A stretch of DNA of 59,864 nt, filler included. It is 8 parts of 8 records of this genome, joined end to end, with 100 filler letters (N's around TTAATTAATTAA, not from the genome) between each part and the next. Parts side by side here need not be neighbours in the genome. Positions count along the whole stretch, not along the records: positions 29,822 to 35,093 come from SRR31156797_10794; positions 35,194 to 40,509 come from SRR31156797_10799; positions 40,610 to 48,599 come from SRR31156797_10802; 5 more parts are not named here. One strand, written 5' to 3'. Positions within the stretch are counted from its first letter, which is position 1. Each line of letters begins with the position of its first letter. The notes below the pieces were generated by a model, which worked only from the letters and a program-made list of their open reading frames with translations, did no database searches and was not told the DNA's origin. Positions 30,899 through 41,218 of this stretch are shown piece by piece. The translations under genes and the position numbers were made by a program.

Positions 30899-31609
30899 GT
30901 GAAATCTAAAAAAGAGGGTACACGAAGGGGGGACAACCCCATGATTGCCATCCGTGATCTTGAATTCTGTTACCCGGGTGGAAACTTCTCTTTGACCATT
31001 GAGGACCTGAAAGTAAAGAAGAACGAGAAATCCGCCATCATCGGTCCCAGCGGAACGGGAAAAACGACCCTCTTGAACCTGATTGGGGGCATCATTTGTC
31101 CAACGCAGGGGGAGCTTGACGTCGATGGCATCAATGTTGGCCGATTGCGTGACAGGGCCCGACGACGCTTTCGGATCACCACGATCGGTTTTGTTTTTCA
31201 AGACTTTGAATTGCTCGACTACCTCAGCGTTGTGGACAACATTCTCCATCCTTTTCGAATTACCGATGCCCTTTACCTTGACGCTGCAGCTAAGGATAGG
31301 GCGACCGAACTGGCTTTTGCAATGGGAATTGGGGACAAACTGAAACGACGACCGGCAGACCTTTCCCAAGGTGAAAAACAGCGGGCCGCGATCTGCCGGG
31401 CACTGCTTCCGAAACCCAAACTGATTCTGGCCGACGAAGCAACTGGAAACTTAGACCCTGAGAACAAGAAGAAGATCATGGACCTTCTTTTTTCGGCCGT
31501 CGATGAAAATGATACGACTCTGCTTGCCGTGACGCATGATTATGAGCTCCTGGAGAGGTTTGACAGGGTTATCGATTTCAGGATGTTTCGTAAAACCGAT
31601 CACGGGTAG
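30899..31609 (+). CDS. ABC transporter ATP-binding protein (LolD/MacB-like)
   Basis: GPSGTGKT, LSQGEKQR, LADEATGNLD and VTHD. Confidence 0.95.
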   Translation: MKSKKEGTRRGDNPMIAIRDLEFCYPGGNFSLTIEDLKVKKNEKSAIIGPSGTGKTTLLNLIGGIICPTQGELDVDGINVGRLRDRARRRFRITTIGFVFQDFELLDYLSVVDNILHPFRITDALYLDAAAKDRATELAFAMGIGDKLKRRPADLSQGEKQRAAICRALLPKPKLILADEATGNLDPENKKKIMDLLFSAVDENDTTLLAVTHDYELLERFDRVIDFRMFRKTDHG

Positions 31610-31639
31610 CCGTTTGAAGTCATAGGAATTTAAGGATTT

Positions 31640-32818
31640 ATGGAAAGCCTGTATCTGGCATTTTGCTACATCAGCTACAACCGCATTAAAACCTTCGTTT
31701 TGGTGGCCTGTGTCACGCTGATATCCTTTCTTCCCTTTGCTTTGCAGATGCTTCTGGTTGAAAGTGAGCGTCAGCTCATGTCACGGGCCGTTTCTACACC
31801 TCTGATCGTGGGCGCCAAGGGCAGCGCGTTAGACTTGGCCATGAATAGCCTCTATTTCGGAAGTGAGCGTCCTGAAACCATCAGCATGAAAGCGGTCAAC
31901 CGCATATGGGACTCGAAGCTGGCCATGCCGATTCCCCTTTACACGCGTTTCCAGGCCCGTGGTTACCCCATTGTGGGCACCACTCTGGATTATTTTGAAT
32001 TCAGAGGAATGACGGTGGGGTCGGGAAGGGGCTTGGCTGTGCTGGGAGAATGCACACTGGGTTCTCAGATTGCCGCTAACCTGGGTGTCCGACCGGGAGA
32101 TTACCTGGTTTCTTCACCTGAAAACCTCTTTGATCTGGCTGGTGTCTATCCCTTAAAAATGAAAGTGGTGGGGATCTTCAACAGAACCCACACGGCCGAT
32201 GATCTGGCCGTTTTCGTCGACCTGAAGACATCATGGGTTATCCAAGGCTTGGGCCACGGCCACGAAGATGTAACCAAACTGGAAGATCCGACGCTGATCG
32301 TAAAGCGTTCTGAATCGACCGTGGCTGCAACGGCCAAGTTATACCACTACACGGAAATCACCGAAAAAAACCTGGAACGTTTTCATTTCCACGGCAATAC
32401 CGATCTTTATCCCGTTTCTGCAGTGATCGCGGTACCGAAAGATGAGAAATCCGGAACGATTCTCCAAGGTAGATACCTGTCCACTGAGGAAACCCAGCAG
32501 ATTTTACGTCCAGCGCAAGTCATTGACGGGCTTTTGCAGAACATTTTTCGTATCAAGAGGGTGCTCGACGCCGTCGTGTCGATCGTTGCCCTGGCAACTG
32601 TTATGGCCATCGTTCTTGTGTTTGCCCTCTCCCTGCGACTGCGTCAGCGTGAAGTCGAGACCATCTTCAAGATCGGCTGCAGCCGTCTGACCATTGCCAA
32701 ATTGCTGGCGGCTGAAATTCTGATCATTGCCGCTTCCAGTGCAGTTTTTTGTGGTATCCTGCTGATGATCGTCCACCGGTTTTCCAACGATCTGGTAAGG
32801 ATGCTGATTCTCGGATAA
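31640..32818 (+). CDS. FtsX/MacB-like ABC permease
   Basis: One N-terminal TM helix, a large periplasmic domain, C-terminal TM helices and RQREVETIFKIGCS. Confidence 0.85.
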   Translation: MESLYLAFCYISYNRIKTFVLVACVTLISFLPFALQMLLVESERQLMSRAVSTPLIVGAKGSALDLAMNSLYFGSERPETISMKAVNRIWDSKLAMPIPLYTRFQARGYPIVGTTLDYFEFRGMTVGSGRGLAVLGECTLGSQIAANLGVRPGDYLVSSPENLFDLAGVYPLKMKVVGIFNRTHTADDLAVFVDLKTSWVIQGLGHGHEDVTKLEDPTLIVKRSESTVAATAKLYHYTEITEKNLERFHFHGNTDLYPVSAVIAVPKDEKSGTILQGRYLSTEETQQILRPAQVIDGLLQNIFRIKRVLDAVVSIVALATVMAIVLVFALSLRLRQREVETIFKIGCSRLTIAKLLAAEILIIAASSAVFCGILLMIVHRFSNDLVRMLILG

Positions 32819-33027
32819 CTATTGTTGACCTTTGCTTCACTGATGGTTTCGATGAAGCGATAGTTTTCCCACAGACTTCAATCATGCAACAAAATAGTTC
32901 CAATCTTTAAGTGGTCTTTCGCTGATTCGCCTCACCCAATTGTATGTCGCAATTAAAATTTGTATATAAACTATTTGTATGTTAATCAGCACCGTGTTTT
33001 TCGCGCAAAGTCAGAAAGGGTGACAAT

Positions 33028-33444
33028 ATGCCATTTGACGATTGCCTTTGCCATCGGTTGGGGAAGACCGTTAGGAAGGTGTCTAAAGCCTACCGGGATG
33101 AAATTGCCGCCTATAAGCTGACCCACGGGCAATTTTTTGTGATTGTTGCAATTATGGAGGAGCAGGGGCTGCTGCCCAGTGAACTGGCTGAAAAAACCTC
33201 CCAGGATAGAGCGACAATCACCGGACTCCTCGATCGTCTGGCCAAAGATGGATGGATTGAAAGGAGGCCGGACGAAACCGATCGTCGGTCTCTCCGAATT
33301 TATCTTACGCACTACGGAAATCTAAATAAAGAGGCACTTTTGGAGCTTTTCGAAAAGACCAATCAAAAGTTTCTCAACTGTTTTACCCGGGAAGAGTGGT
33401 GTCAGATGCAGGGCTTCTTAGACCGGTTGGAGCGGTGCGCGTGA
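33028..33444 (+). CDS. MarR-family transcriptional regulator
   Basis: ELAEK...ITGLLDRLAKDGWIERRPDETDRR wHTH. Confidence 0.93.
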   Translation: MPFDDCLCHRLGKTVRKVSKAYRDEIAAYKLTHGQFFVIVAIMEEQGLLPSELAEKTSQDRATITGLLDRLAKDGWIERRPDETDRRSLRIYLTHYGNLNKEALLELFEKTNQKFLNCFTREEWCQMQGFLDRLERCA

Positions 33445-33469
33445 TTTTTTTATTCGAAACAAGAGGAGC

Positions 33470-33973
33470 ATGATGCCAGCGGTAAATCCAGAACACCTGA
33501 AATCCGTCATTACACTGATTAACGAAGGGCCATTTTTTAGGCATATGTCGATGATAGTAACGGAACTTGGGGTCGGCTATTCTCGTGTTGAGGTGGAGAT
33601 CAGCAAAAAGCATATGAATCCCTTCGGTGCGTTGCACGGTGGTGTCTATTCTTCTGTCATCGATACAGCCGCCTACTGGTCTGCATACTGCGACCTTCCG
33701 GAAGAACAGGGTTTGGTTTCAATCGATCTCCAAATCGATTTTTTAGCCCCGGTTCTCGATCAAATCGTTTTCGTCAAAGGGAAAAGGATTAAAACGGGGA
33801 AGACCATCTTTCTCGCCGAGGCGCAAATGTTCAATGAGAATGGAAAACTGGTGGCCCATGGAACATCCAAGTTGATGGCGTTGACCAACAAACAGACAAT
33901 GAGTGACGTCGTAGATTATGTATGTGCGGATAAATTGCCAAAAAAATTTTTAAAAGAATCTCATGCCGTATAA
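33470..33973 (+). CDS. PaaI-family thioesterase
   Basis: NPFGALHGG...IDTA hotdog-fold motif. Confidence 0.92.
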   Translation: MMPAVNPEHLKSVITLINEGPFFRHMSMIVTELGVGYSRVEVEISKKHMNPFGALHGGVYSSVIDTAAYWSAYCDLPEEQGLVSIDLQIDFLAPVLDQIVFVKGKRIKTGKTIFLAEAQMFNENGKLVAHGTSKLMALTNKQTMSDVVDYVCADKLPKKFLKESHAV

Positions 33974-34619
33974 AATCATCGGGATATCCGGAAGCCCCGT
34001 AAAAGATGGAAACGTTGATACCTTTCTGGGGGCAATCATGGATTTGGCATCGGAAAAAGGATTTGATTCGGAAACCGCTCACCTTTCCAAAATGACGGTG
34101 AAAAATTGTGTCCATTGCAATTTTTGCCTTTCAAAACAAAAACAGGGAAAATACTGTTCGCTCAAAGATGATGCACAGTCGATCTTCGAGAAGTTGGAGT
34201 GTGCGGATATCATCGTGCTTGCCAGTCCTGTTTACTTTATGCGGACCAGCGGAATGATGGCTACATTTTTAGAAAGACTGCGCGTCTTTATTTTTGGAAA
34301 TATTGCCGGAGGGAAACTACGAAACAAAATTGGAATAAGCGCCGGCGTCTCCTGGCTGCGGCATGGGGGAATGGAGACCACTCATCTTTCTCACATTCTT
34401 GCATTTATGACGTTAGATATGATTCCGGCGACAAATCACTCTTCCATAAGCCCAATGGGCGCCTCAGCGCTCGCCAGCAGACATGGGGAAGGGGAATTTG
34501 ATCCTTCCGTCCGCATAGGAATCAATGAGGACGAAGCCGGGATTAAATCTGCCAAGGCCGTTCTTTCTCGGGCTTTGGGATTGGCTGAACTGATGCATAA
34601 CCCTGGCCCTTCTGAATAA
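33963..34619 (+). CDS. Iron-sulfur flavoprotein / flavodoxin family
   Basis: SGSP, CVHCNFC...C and ASPVY. Confidence 0.88.
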   Translation: MPYKIIGISGSPVKDGNVDTFLGAIMDLASEKGFDSETAHLSKMTVKNCVHCNFCLSKQKQGKYCSLKDDAQSIFEKLECADIIVLASPVYFMRTSGMMATFLERLRVFIFGNIAGGKLRNKIGISAGVSWLRHGGMETTHLSHILAFMTLDMIPATNHSSISPMGASALASRHGEGEFDPSVRIGINEDEAGIKSAKAVLSRALGLAELMHNPGPSE

Positions 34620-34972
34620 GGCTCGGGGATGAGGAATTGCCCCTGATTATGCCGGGATTGAGGTCGCCGGTTTTGCCAAGATCAGGCAAGGCGCTCAACC
34701 CAAGGGGGTACGGACATCGTTGGAAAGATTGTCAGATATTCACCATTAAGCACATCTATGTGACCATCGTTAAAATGAAAAGGAGCTATCGGAATGAAGA
34801 GATAGGATAGACAGAACCACACCGCTTTCCCAATCAAAACAGTAAAGGGGCTCAGCAAAATGGCATATATGCCTTTGGAGTTCCTCATTGGTGTGCGTTT
34901 TGCCATATTTCTTTGACCCGTTGCTCAATTACACACTTCATTTTTACCACAAGCCAGGGGTTCCAGATTGAA

Positions 34973-35003
34973 AGGGGTGAAGCCGGCAAATGGCTTCACC
35001 CCT
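34973..35003. terminator. Hairpin terminator after the integrase gene
   Basis: AGGGGTGAAGCC-N7-GGCTTCACCCCT, a 12-bp stem. Confidence 0.75.
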
Positions 35004-35008
35004 ATCTA

Positions 35009-35093
35009 TTATCCATAGATGTTCTCAATCCGACGGATCGCTTCAATATCGCTGATCGTGCCCAGGTATCGCTGTGTCGTTGACAGGTTTGCA
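35009..35093 (-). mobile_element. Tyrosine recombinase/integrase C-terminal fragment
   Basis: Manual translation ANLSTTQRYLGTISDIEAIRRIENIYG*, which carries the catalytic-Tyr motif TTxxY. Confidence 0.75.
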
Positions 35094-35193
35094 NNNNNNN
35101 NNNNNNNNNNNNNNNNNNNNNNNNNNNNNNNNNNNNNTTAATTAATTAANNNNNNNNNNNNNNNNNNNNNNNNNNNNNNNNNNNNNNNNNNNN
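35094..35193. other. Artificial contig spacer
   Basis: Same linker. Confidence 0.98.
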
Positions 35194-35229
35194 GGACAGG
35201 AGCTATCAGTTCCTGATGGGGCTCTAGAT

Positions 35230-35267
35230 AAAAAAAGAGTTTTGCTTCCTCAGAACCAAAACTCTTT
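35230..35267 (-). terminator. Intrinsic terminator of the hydrolase gene
   Basis: AAAGAGTTTTG...CAAAACTCTTT stem followed by a T-run on the minus strand. Confidence 0.7.
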
Positions 35268-35293
35268 AGCTTTCGTATGCTGAATGTCAAGAA

Positions 35294-36217
35294 TTATCTG
35301 TTGAAGAACTCCGCCGCGGCATCGGTCGATACCTTTACGGCCTCCGTCTTGTGATAGAAGTCGACATGGCCGAATCCTGATACGGCCAGGACCTCATTCT
35401 CATTGCTAAGCTTGTCGATAAACGTAGTCGAGCAAACAGATGTGGGGGCATCTTTGCTGTATATGATCAAAGCAGGCTGTACGATCTTGTCTGCATAATG
35501 CTCCCCAATGGAGATAAGGGATTCCATTGCCTGGTCAGCTATATGAAGGTTAGTAAAGTTTTCTACAGCTGCAGGTCCTTTGACTCCATCTCTTCCATAG
35601 TAGTCATAGGATTCGCCGGCCATTGGCGTTCCCGCCAGTTCAATGTACTCTTCTCTGGACTGATCATCGGTAAGTCCGAAGGGAGCGACGTAATCCGCTT
35701 GTCCCGTCTCGTGAATCTTCTGCTTTGAAGCGTTTGCGGCGGCAATCATCTGGTTCGCAGCTTCTTTATCGGTCCACTGGAAAACATCCGCTCCCATCAT
35801 CCCGGAAACCATGGCGATTTTCTTGATCCTGTGGTCTGTTACCGCCGCGGACGCGATTATGGAACCGCCCTGGCAGACTCCGAGGCCCATGATCTCGTCT
35901 ACATAGGGAAGGGTTCCCAGATAGGACACCGCATCCCATGTGTTTTCGATAAGCCTGAACATATAACGGGACTGCTTGAACTCTCCCGGTAATGCCGGAG
36001 AATCTCCCATTCCCAGGTAATCAAAGCCTAAGAAGACAAAGCCTCTTTTGGCCATCTCAGGTCCGTAGGTCCCCAGAACCTGTTCTTTAACCTGGGGAAA
36101 GGGACTGGCTCCAACGATTGCTTTGTACTTTTTGCTCTCATCAAAACCCTCGGGAAGGTACAAATCCCCCACCAGATCGACTCCAAATGATTTGAAAGTG
36201 ACTCTTTTAACACTCAT
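35294..36217 (-). CDS. Alpha/beta hydrolase (Cys-nucleophile type)
   Basis: LYLP, VKEQ, GVCQGG nucleophile elbow and GHVDFY. Confidence 0.88.
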   Translation of the reverse strand: MSVKRVTFKSFGVDLVGDLYLPEGFDESKKYKAIVGASPFPQVKEQVLGTYGPEMAKRGFVFLGFDYLGMGDSPALPGEFKQSRYMFRLIENTWDAVSYLGTLPYVDEIMGLGVCQGGSIIASAAVTDHRIKKIAMVSGMMGADVFQWTDKEAANQMIAAANASKQKIHETGQADYVAPFGLTDDQSREEYIELAGTPMAGESYDYYGRDGVKGPAAVENFTNLHIADQAMESLISIGEHYADKIVQPALIIYSKDAPTSVCSTTFIDKLSNENEVLAVSGFGHVDFYHKTEAVKVSTDAAAEFFNR

Positions 36218-36765
36218 ATAATACCTCTCGTTTTCTTTTCTTATCTAAAAGATAGCAGGGTCGTCAGGCTTTGGCCTTAAACAGAAATGGGAAATGCTTA
36301 TACTTTTCCGCGAATGAAAGCCGTCGCCTTCCGATCGGCGCGAACAACTTTCGGGCCGATACCCCAAGCTCTGAAATCCGGATCAGAGGGAGCTCATCAA
36401 TATCCGCCAAGACGGACGCAAATTGCGAATATGAAGGTCAATGCGGATTGACAGATTGGTTTTCATAGCTTATGTTGGGACGAACTATCAAACTTTCAGG
36501 AGTTGCCTGCCCGGTAAGTTATAACAATCAAACGAACTGGGAACGATTTGAAATTATACATATGACAAATGGACCTCGTAGGTTTTTACAGACGACGGGT
36601 TTGTTGTATTATAATTTTAGATCGAACGGGATAGTTCCCTCACTATTCATTTTTTATCAAAATCAGTAAATCCGAAATTATAAAGAAACAGACCGCCTCT
36701 GTAGAAAATGGCTTTGATCTTGAGTCAATCCTGACCAGTCTTGATTGGCTCATAAAGGAAAAGCA

Positions 36766-37581
36766 ATGAGCAAAGGCAATATCGAACTGAATAGCTTCTT
36801 GAAAACAATTAATCTGATGAATAGCCGGTATGAGTTCTACAAAGGAAGGGAAAGGAAGTTCATCCAGATACGGGAATACGAAAAGCAGGTCGCCTCGCTT
36901 CTGAAGAAGATGTCGAAAAAGAGGCCCCTGACCTTCATCGATTGCGGGGCGGGCAGTTGTTATTTGAGCTTCTATCTCAACTACATGAACCGGAACAGAG
37001 AGATCCGTTTCACCTGTATCGATTACAATGGCAAGCTTATGGAAAGGGCGGCGGCTACGGCCAAGGCTCTGGGGTATACGAACATGAGTTTCGTCTCTGC
37101 GGATATCCTGTCCTATGTTCCGGAGGAACGCCCCGACCTCGTGTACTCTCTCCATGCCTGCGATACGGCTACGGATATGGCGGTGTACACTGGTTTGAAG
37201 AGCCGCTCCAGACATATCGCCACGGTATCCTGCTGCCAGAGGTACACGAAGAACCAGTTGGGCAGGCACCCTTTGGCAAGCGTTACCAGGAACAAGGTGT
37301 ACAAGGAGCGTCTGACGGATATGATCGGAGATTCGATGCGCGCCCTGCTGCTGGAATCCTACGGCTATGATACGGATTTATTCGAGTTTGCCTCATCCAG
37401 GCATACTGATAAGAATGTGATGTTGAGAGCGACGCGGATTCCGGCTTCCGATAGGCGCAAGGAGACGGCTGGAATAGAGTATGAGGCCCTTGGGAAGCTC
37501 TTCCGCATGGAGCCGAAATTAATGGATTTCATCAGGAGGGATACGGCAGAAAGTGCTGCGTCATTAGCCATGGTTTCCTGA
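36766..37581 (+). CDS. Class I SAM-dependent methyltransferase
   Basis: DCGAGSCYL, LHACDTATD, SCCQ and HTDKN. ATG at 36766 follows an AAGGA SD. Confidence 0.88.
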   Translation: MSKGNIELNSFLKTINLMNSRYEFYKGRERKFIQIREYEKQVASLLKKMSKKRPLTFIDCGAGSCYLSFYLNYMNRNREIRFTCIDYNGKLMERAAATAKALGYTNMSFVSADILSYVPEERPDLVYSLHACDTATDMAVYTGLKSRSRHIATVSCCQRYTKNQLGRHPLASVTRNKVYKERLTDMIGDSMRALLLESYGYDTDLFEFASSRHTDKNVMLRATRIPASDRRKETAGIEYEALGKLFRMEPKLMDFIRRDTAESAASLAMVS

Positions 37582-37765
37582 TATCGGTTTTCTGTCGGCG
37601 AAAGCGTTCCGATGCCGTCACTACCTGAAGGATCTGAAACGCCATCGCCGGGATTCCCGAAAATCTCATCGAAAAGGGCGGCGAAGCGTCGGATAGATAA
37701 TGAAGCTTCGCTTGCATATTGAGTATAATAGAAAGCTGAGAACCGATGGAGAGAAGACTGAATAT

Positions 37766-38455
37766 ATGGAAAATCAAGTGCTTTCAACCGGAACGATAGC
37801 CAGGGAGTATGGCCCCCTGGTATCCTCTATCTGTCGGAAAATGATAAGAGATCCGGAAATAGCCAAAGAAGCGGCACAGGAGACCTGGATAGAGATACTC
37901 GGATCGATTGATGGATTTAAAAATGAATCAAAATTATCGACCTGGATATATACGATAACCAGAAGGGTGGTGATTCGCTACGCGAGGAGAGAGAAGACAT
38001 ACACGACCAGGCACTTGAGTCGGTTCTTCAGAGCGGACGATGCTGTGCCCGACTTCCCGACTCCGGAGCAGGAACTGCCGGAGGATGTAAGAAAGCAATG
38101 CGAAAAATGTATGATCGGGATTCTGCATTGTCTGGATAACGAGTCCAGGATGGCGTACATCATGCGGGATATGGCGGAACTCTCATATTCTGACATAGCA
38201 GAGATTTTCGAAAAGAGTGAGGTCGCCCTGAGAAAATCCATATCCAGATCCCGAAACAAACTCCGCCGTTTTCTGAATAATGAGTGCTATCTTTTTAACC
38301 CGGAAGGGACATGCAGATGCCGATTGAAGAAACATGTCATAGAGGTAGACCTGGCAAGGGAATTCGAGGAACTTCGCGCTTCTGTTAACAGAATGAAAAT
38401 CTTTAAGAAAATGGATTCGCTAATCCCCCAGGAGAATTTCTGGAAAAATTCCTGA
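37766..38455 (+). CDS. ECF sigma factor with Cys-rich linker and C-terminal extension
   Basis: AAQETW, KLSTWIYTI and region 4 (LSYSDIAEIF...SRSR); CEKC..ILHC and ECY..N....CRC. ORF-track start is 37700; the ATG at 37766 is more likely. Confidence 0.9.
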   Translation: MENQVLSTGTIAREYGPLVSSICRKMIRDPEIAKEAAQETWIEILGSIDGFKNESKLSTWIYTITRRVVIRYARREKTYTTRHLSRFFRADDAVPDFPTPEQELPEDVRKQCEKCMIGILHCLDNESRMAYIMRDMAELSYSDIAEIFEKSEVALRKSISRSRNKLRRFLNNECYLFNPEGTCRCRLKKHVIEVDLAREFEELRASVNRMKIFKKMDSLIPQENFWKNS

Positions 38456-38460
38456 TCTGC

Positions 38461-38488
38461 TGTCACAGAATATCTCATCCGTCCACTA
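38461..38488 (+). promoter_or_regulatory. Putative ECF target promoter
   Basis: TGTCACA-N16-CACTA directly after the sigma gene and upstream of the next gene. Confidence 0.45.
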
Positions 38489-38520
38489 ATGCAGTAAATC
38501 AAAGCATCAAGGATGGAGAA

Positions 38521-38958
38521 ATGGAAGAAAAATATCTAACGATCATGCGGAATCTTTTCACGGCTTTGCAGGCGGAAACCTCTCTCAGGTATGACAAGGG
38601 AGGGATCTACGAGCAAGTGGAAAAGGAAAAACGGATCCTGTCTTTTGCTTCCGGTGAAAAGAACTGTCAGATCCTGGACATTGGGAAAGCTGAAGACGCC
38701 TTCCTCGTTCCCTCGGCAGTGACAGCCTGCGCGTCATGGGATATCAGTTCTGACGGTAACGGCCTGACAGCCGTTTGCCGGGGATGTCGACTCGACGGGA
38801 TGAGCAAAGGGATGAAGGCAAGAACACCATGCCGTTTGTATTGTCTGAATCCTATCGAAGGAATGATAAAACACCTGCATCCCCAATCAGAATTCATCGT
38901 GGAGTCGACCCTTTTCGAGGGTGAGAACTGTACGGTAAGGGTCAGCTGGCAGGATTGA
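38521..38958 (+). CDS. Cys-rich hypothetical protein (V4R/ATC-hydrolase-like Cys pattern)
   Basis: CRGC...PCRLYC...C pattern; GGAG SD; terminator follows. Confidence 0.6.
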   Translation: MEEKYLTIMRNLFTALQAETSLRYDKGGIYEQVEKEKRILSFASGEKNCQILDIGKAEDAFLVPSAVTACASWDISSDGNGLTAVCRGCRLDGMSKGMKARTPCRLYCLNPIEGMIKHLHPQSEFIVESTLFEGENCTVRVSWQD

Positions 38959-38969
38959 TCTACCGCTTC

Positions 38970-38998
38970 GGGGATGACTTTACAATCATCCCCTTTTT
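38970..38998 (+). terminator. Intrinsic terminator
   Basis: GGGGATGA-N8-TCATCCCC-TTTTT. Confidence 0.85.
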
Positions 38999-39168
38999 AT
39001 ATCACTCAAAAAAACATAGATTGCAGAGACAGTGACACTATCTGAAACAGGATCAGAGCGACCAGCGTCAGGGCAGGCGCATCAGGAGATTGAACAAAAA
39101 GAGGATTAGAACTAAGATGATTCGTCTTGTTTATTATTCACTTTAAATATTAAAAAAGAGAGGACTCT

Positions 39169-39936
39169 GTGATCCTGCAAAGCTATTCAAACCTAAAACG
39201 GGCCGGGAATCTGATAATCGATGCTAAGAAAGCATCTCTGCTGCCGGACAATGACACCGAACTGAAATCGATAATGAAGTTTGGGGCGGGATTCAGGTAT
39301 ACCCAATCTAAAATCCTGGCGGCTTTTTCCATTGGAATCTTAATCTTCCTGTTTGGATTCTTGTCCAGTTTCAATGGGATCATTCAAAAGGATCACCCTC
39401 CTATGGATACAGATGGATTTGCCGAAGTTGATGATATAACCGGGTATATCGATTTAGAAGCCTATATCGGCGGATCCGACAGCGGTAAAGGATTACAGGT
39501 CTCAGCTGAAATCGATGATATGGAATTGCAGCTTTTCCCGGTCACAGATGAATCCTTTCCGAGGGATAAAAGAGTCATTGCTGTTCTCGGCATGACGAGA
39601 GGACATCTAAACAGATTTAAAAGAGACAACAAGGGTTTCGACAGCTCTTTGCCTTTGAACGCGGTACGCATTCAGGGACTGATAAGAGAACCTCTCAATG
39701 ACAACTACGCCACTTATTTTAGAAACGAAGGACTTGTTCTCGATAATGAAACACCTTTGATAATTGCCTATCAATTCAAATCGACGGAGATTCAATCTTT
39801 TCTGATTTTCTGCGTCTTATCGTTCATGCTCCTGGCGCTTGCAGCGGTCATGCAAATTGGTATGAACAAAAAATACCTCTCCCAGCTTTCTGATCATGAA
39901 CGATATATTGAAAGATTGCTGAAAAGGATCATTTGA
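39169..39936 (+). CDS. Hypothetical protein with two TM helices
   Basis: 255-aa ORF with GAGGA SD and two hydrophobic segments. Confidence 0.6.
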   Translation: MILQSYSNLKRAGNLIIDAKKASLLPDNDTELKSIMKFGAGFRYTQSKILAAFSIGILIFLFGFLSSFNGIIQKDHPPMDTDGFAEVDDITGYIDLEAYIGGSDSGKGLQVSAEIDDMELQLFPVTDESFPRDKRVIAVLGMTRGHLNRFKRDNKGFDSSLPLNAVRIQGLIREPLNDNYATYFRNEGLVLDNETPLIIAYQFKSTEIQSFLIFCVLSFMLLALAAVMQIGMNKKYLSQLSDHERYIERLLKRII

Positions 39937-39992
39937 CAATTATGAAGCAAAACGGTTTTCACCCTTATGAGAATATCCCGGAACAAGGAGTC

Positions 39993-40509
39993 TCAGGTAT
40001 CAGCCCCATTATTGCCGGCAGCCTCGAAGCAAGTGCTTTCCCAGCGATTCCGCCCGCCTTCCTTGGCAAGGTAAAGAGCCTTATCCACGCATGACAACAG
40101 ATCATTATACGTTCCGTCATCTCCCGGGATAATCGTGCAGACCCCCAGACTGAGGGTGAGGAATCCGTTATGGTCAGACTTTTCATGTTTGATTTCTTCT
40201 CTCCGGACAGCCTGAATAAGATTCTCTGCCATTCTCTCCGCTCCGGCGGCATCTGTCTCGGGCAATATGGTGATAAATTCCTCTCCGCCGTAGCGTGCGA
40301 TCTTATCGATGGATCGCCTCATGGTTCGTTTGAAAACATCGGCGATGCGGATGAGACAATCATCACCCACGGGGTGACCGTACAAATCGTTATAGTCTTT
40401 AAACTTGTCGATATCTCCCATAATGAGCGAAAGGGGGGAACGGTTCCGCTGAGCCCTGTTCCACTCCTCTTCCAGGGCCTCATTAAAAAAACGCCTGTTA
40501 TACAGGCCC
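39993..40509 (-). CDS. Diguanylate cyclase (GGDEF), 5'-truncated
   Basis: Frame extends to the contig edge (GLYNRRFF...). DIDKFKDYND, RSID I-site and RYGGEEF. Confidence 0.93.
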
Positions 40510-40609
40510 NNNNNNNNNNNNNNNNNNNNNNNNNNNNNNNNNNNNNNNNNNNNTTAATTAATTAANNNNNNNNNNNNNNNNNNNNNNNNNNNNNNNNNNN
40601 NNNNNNNNN
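40510..40609. other. Artificial contig spacer
   Basis: Same linker. Confidence 0.98.
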
Positions 40610-41197
40610 TGCCACACCGGCAACTGTTGCACTATGTCAAATTCTTGCTACGTGATCTATGTTATTCGTACCCCATAAAGCAGCAAATTTTCTAAAATAA
40701 AAAGCTTGTTGTAAATTAAATTTTGCAGAACCTAAGAACATAGCCACATCTGGACCATTTTCAGCTCTAAGTTTAAGCATCTTTTCTGAAATCTCTTTAA
40801 TGGCAGTTTCCCAAGAAAGTCTTTCCCATTTTCCATTTACTTTTTTTAAAGGATATTTAACCCTTTGTTTACTTTTAACTAAATCTATTTGGTCAATACC
40901 TTTACAACAATGACTACCCTCACTAATAGGATGGTCTTGTGCAACATCTTGTCTTACCCAAACTCCATTTTGTACTTCTGCAACTATTCCACAACCAGCA
41001 GAACATATACTACATATTGTTTTAACTTTCTTTGACCCAGGAAATGGATTTTTAATCTCCTCTTCACTAGCTTCTCTAACACTATTGTTTGATGCAAACA
41101 TTGATGTAGCACCAACTCCAGCACCTATTGAAGCAAGTTTAAGGAAATTTCTTCTTCCCATTTTCAAAGATAAGTCATTGAGTAAATTATTACCCAT
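40610..41197 (-). CDS. fdhA: Formate dehydrogenase alpha subunit, selenocysteine-containing, 3'-truncated
   Basis: Tat signal RRNFLK and CSICSAGC...C. NIDHVARI-TGA(40637-40639)-HSATVAGVA continues in frame. Confidence 0.93.
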
Positions 41198-41218
41198 CTC
41201 TTCTTCTCCTTAAAAAAT

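Noticed and set aside
34682-34906. 74-aa minus-strand ORF
   Set aside because: No motif or convincing SD; not supportable.
36271-36669. Two short ORFs upstream of the hydrolase
   Set aside because: No recognisable domains; probably intergenic or decayed sequence.
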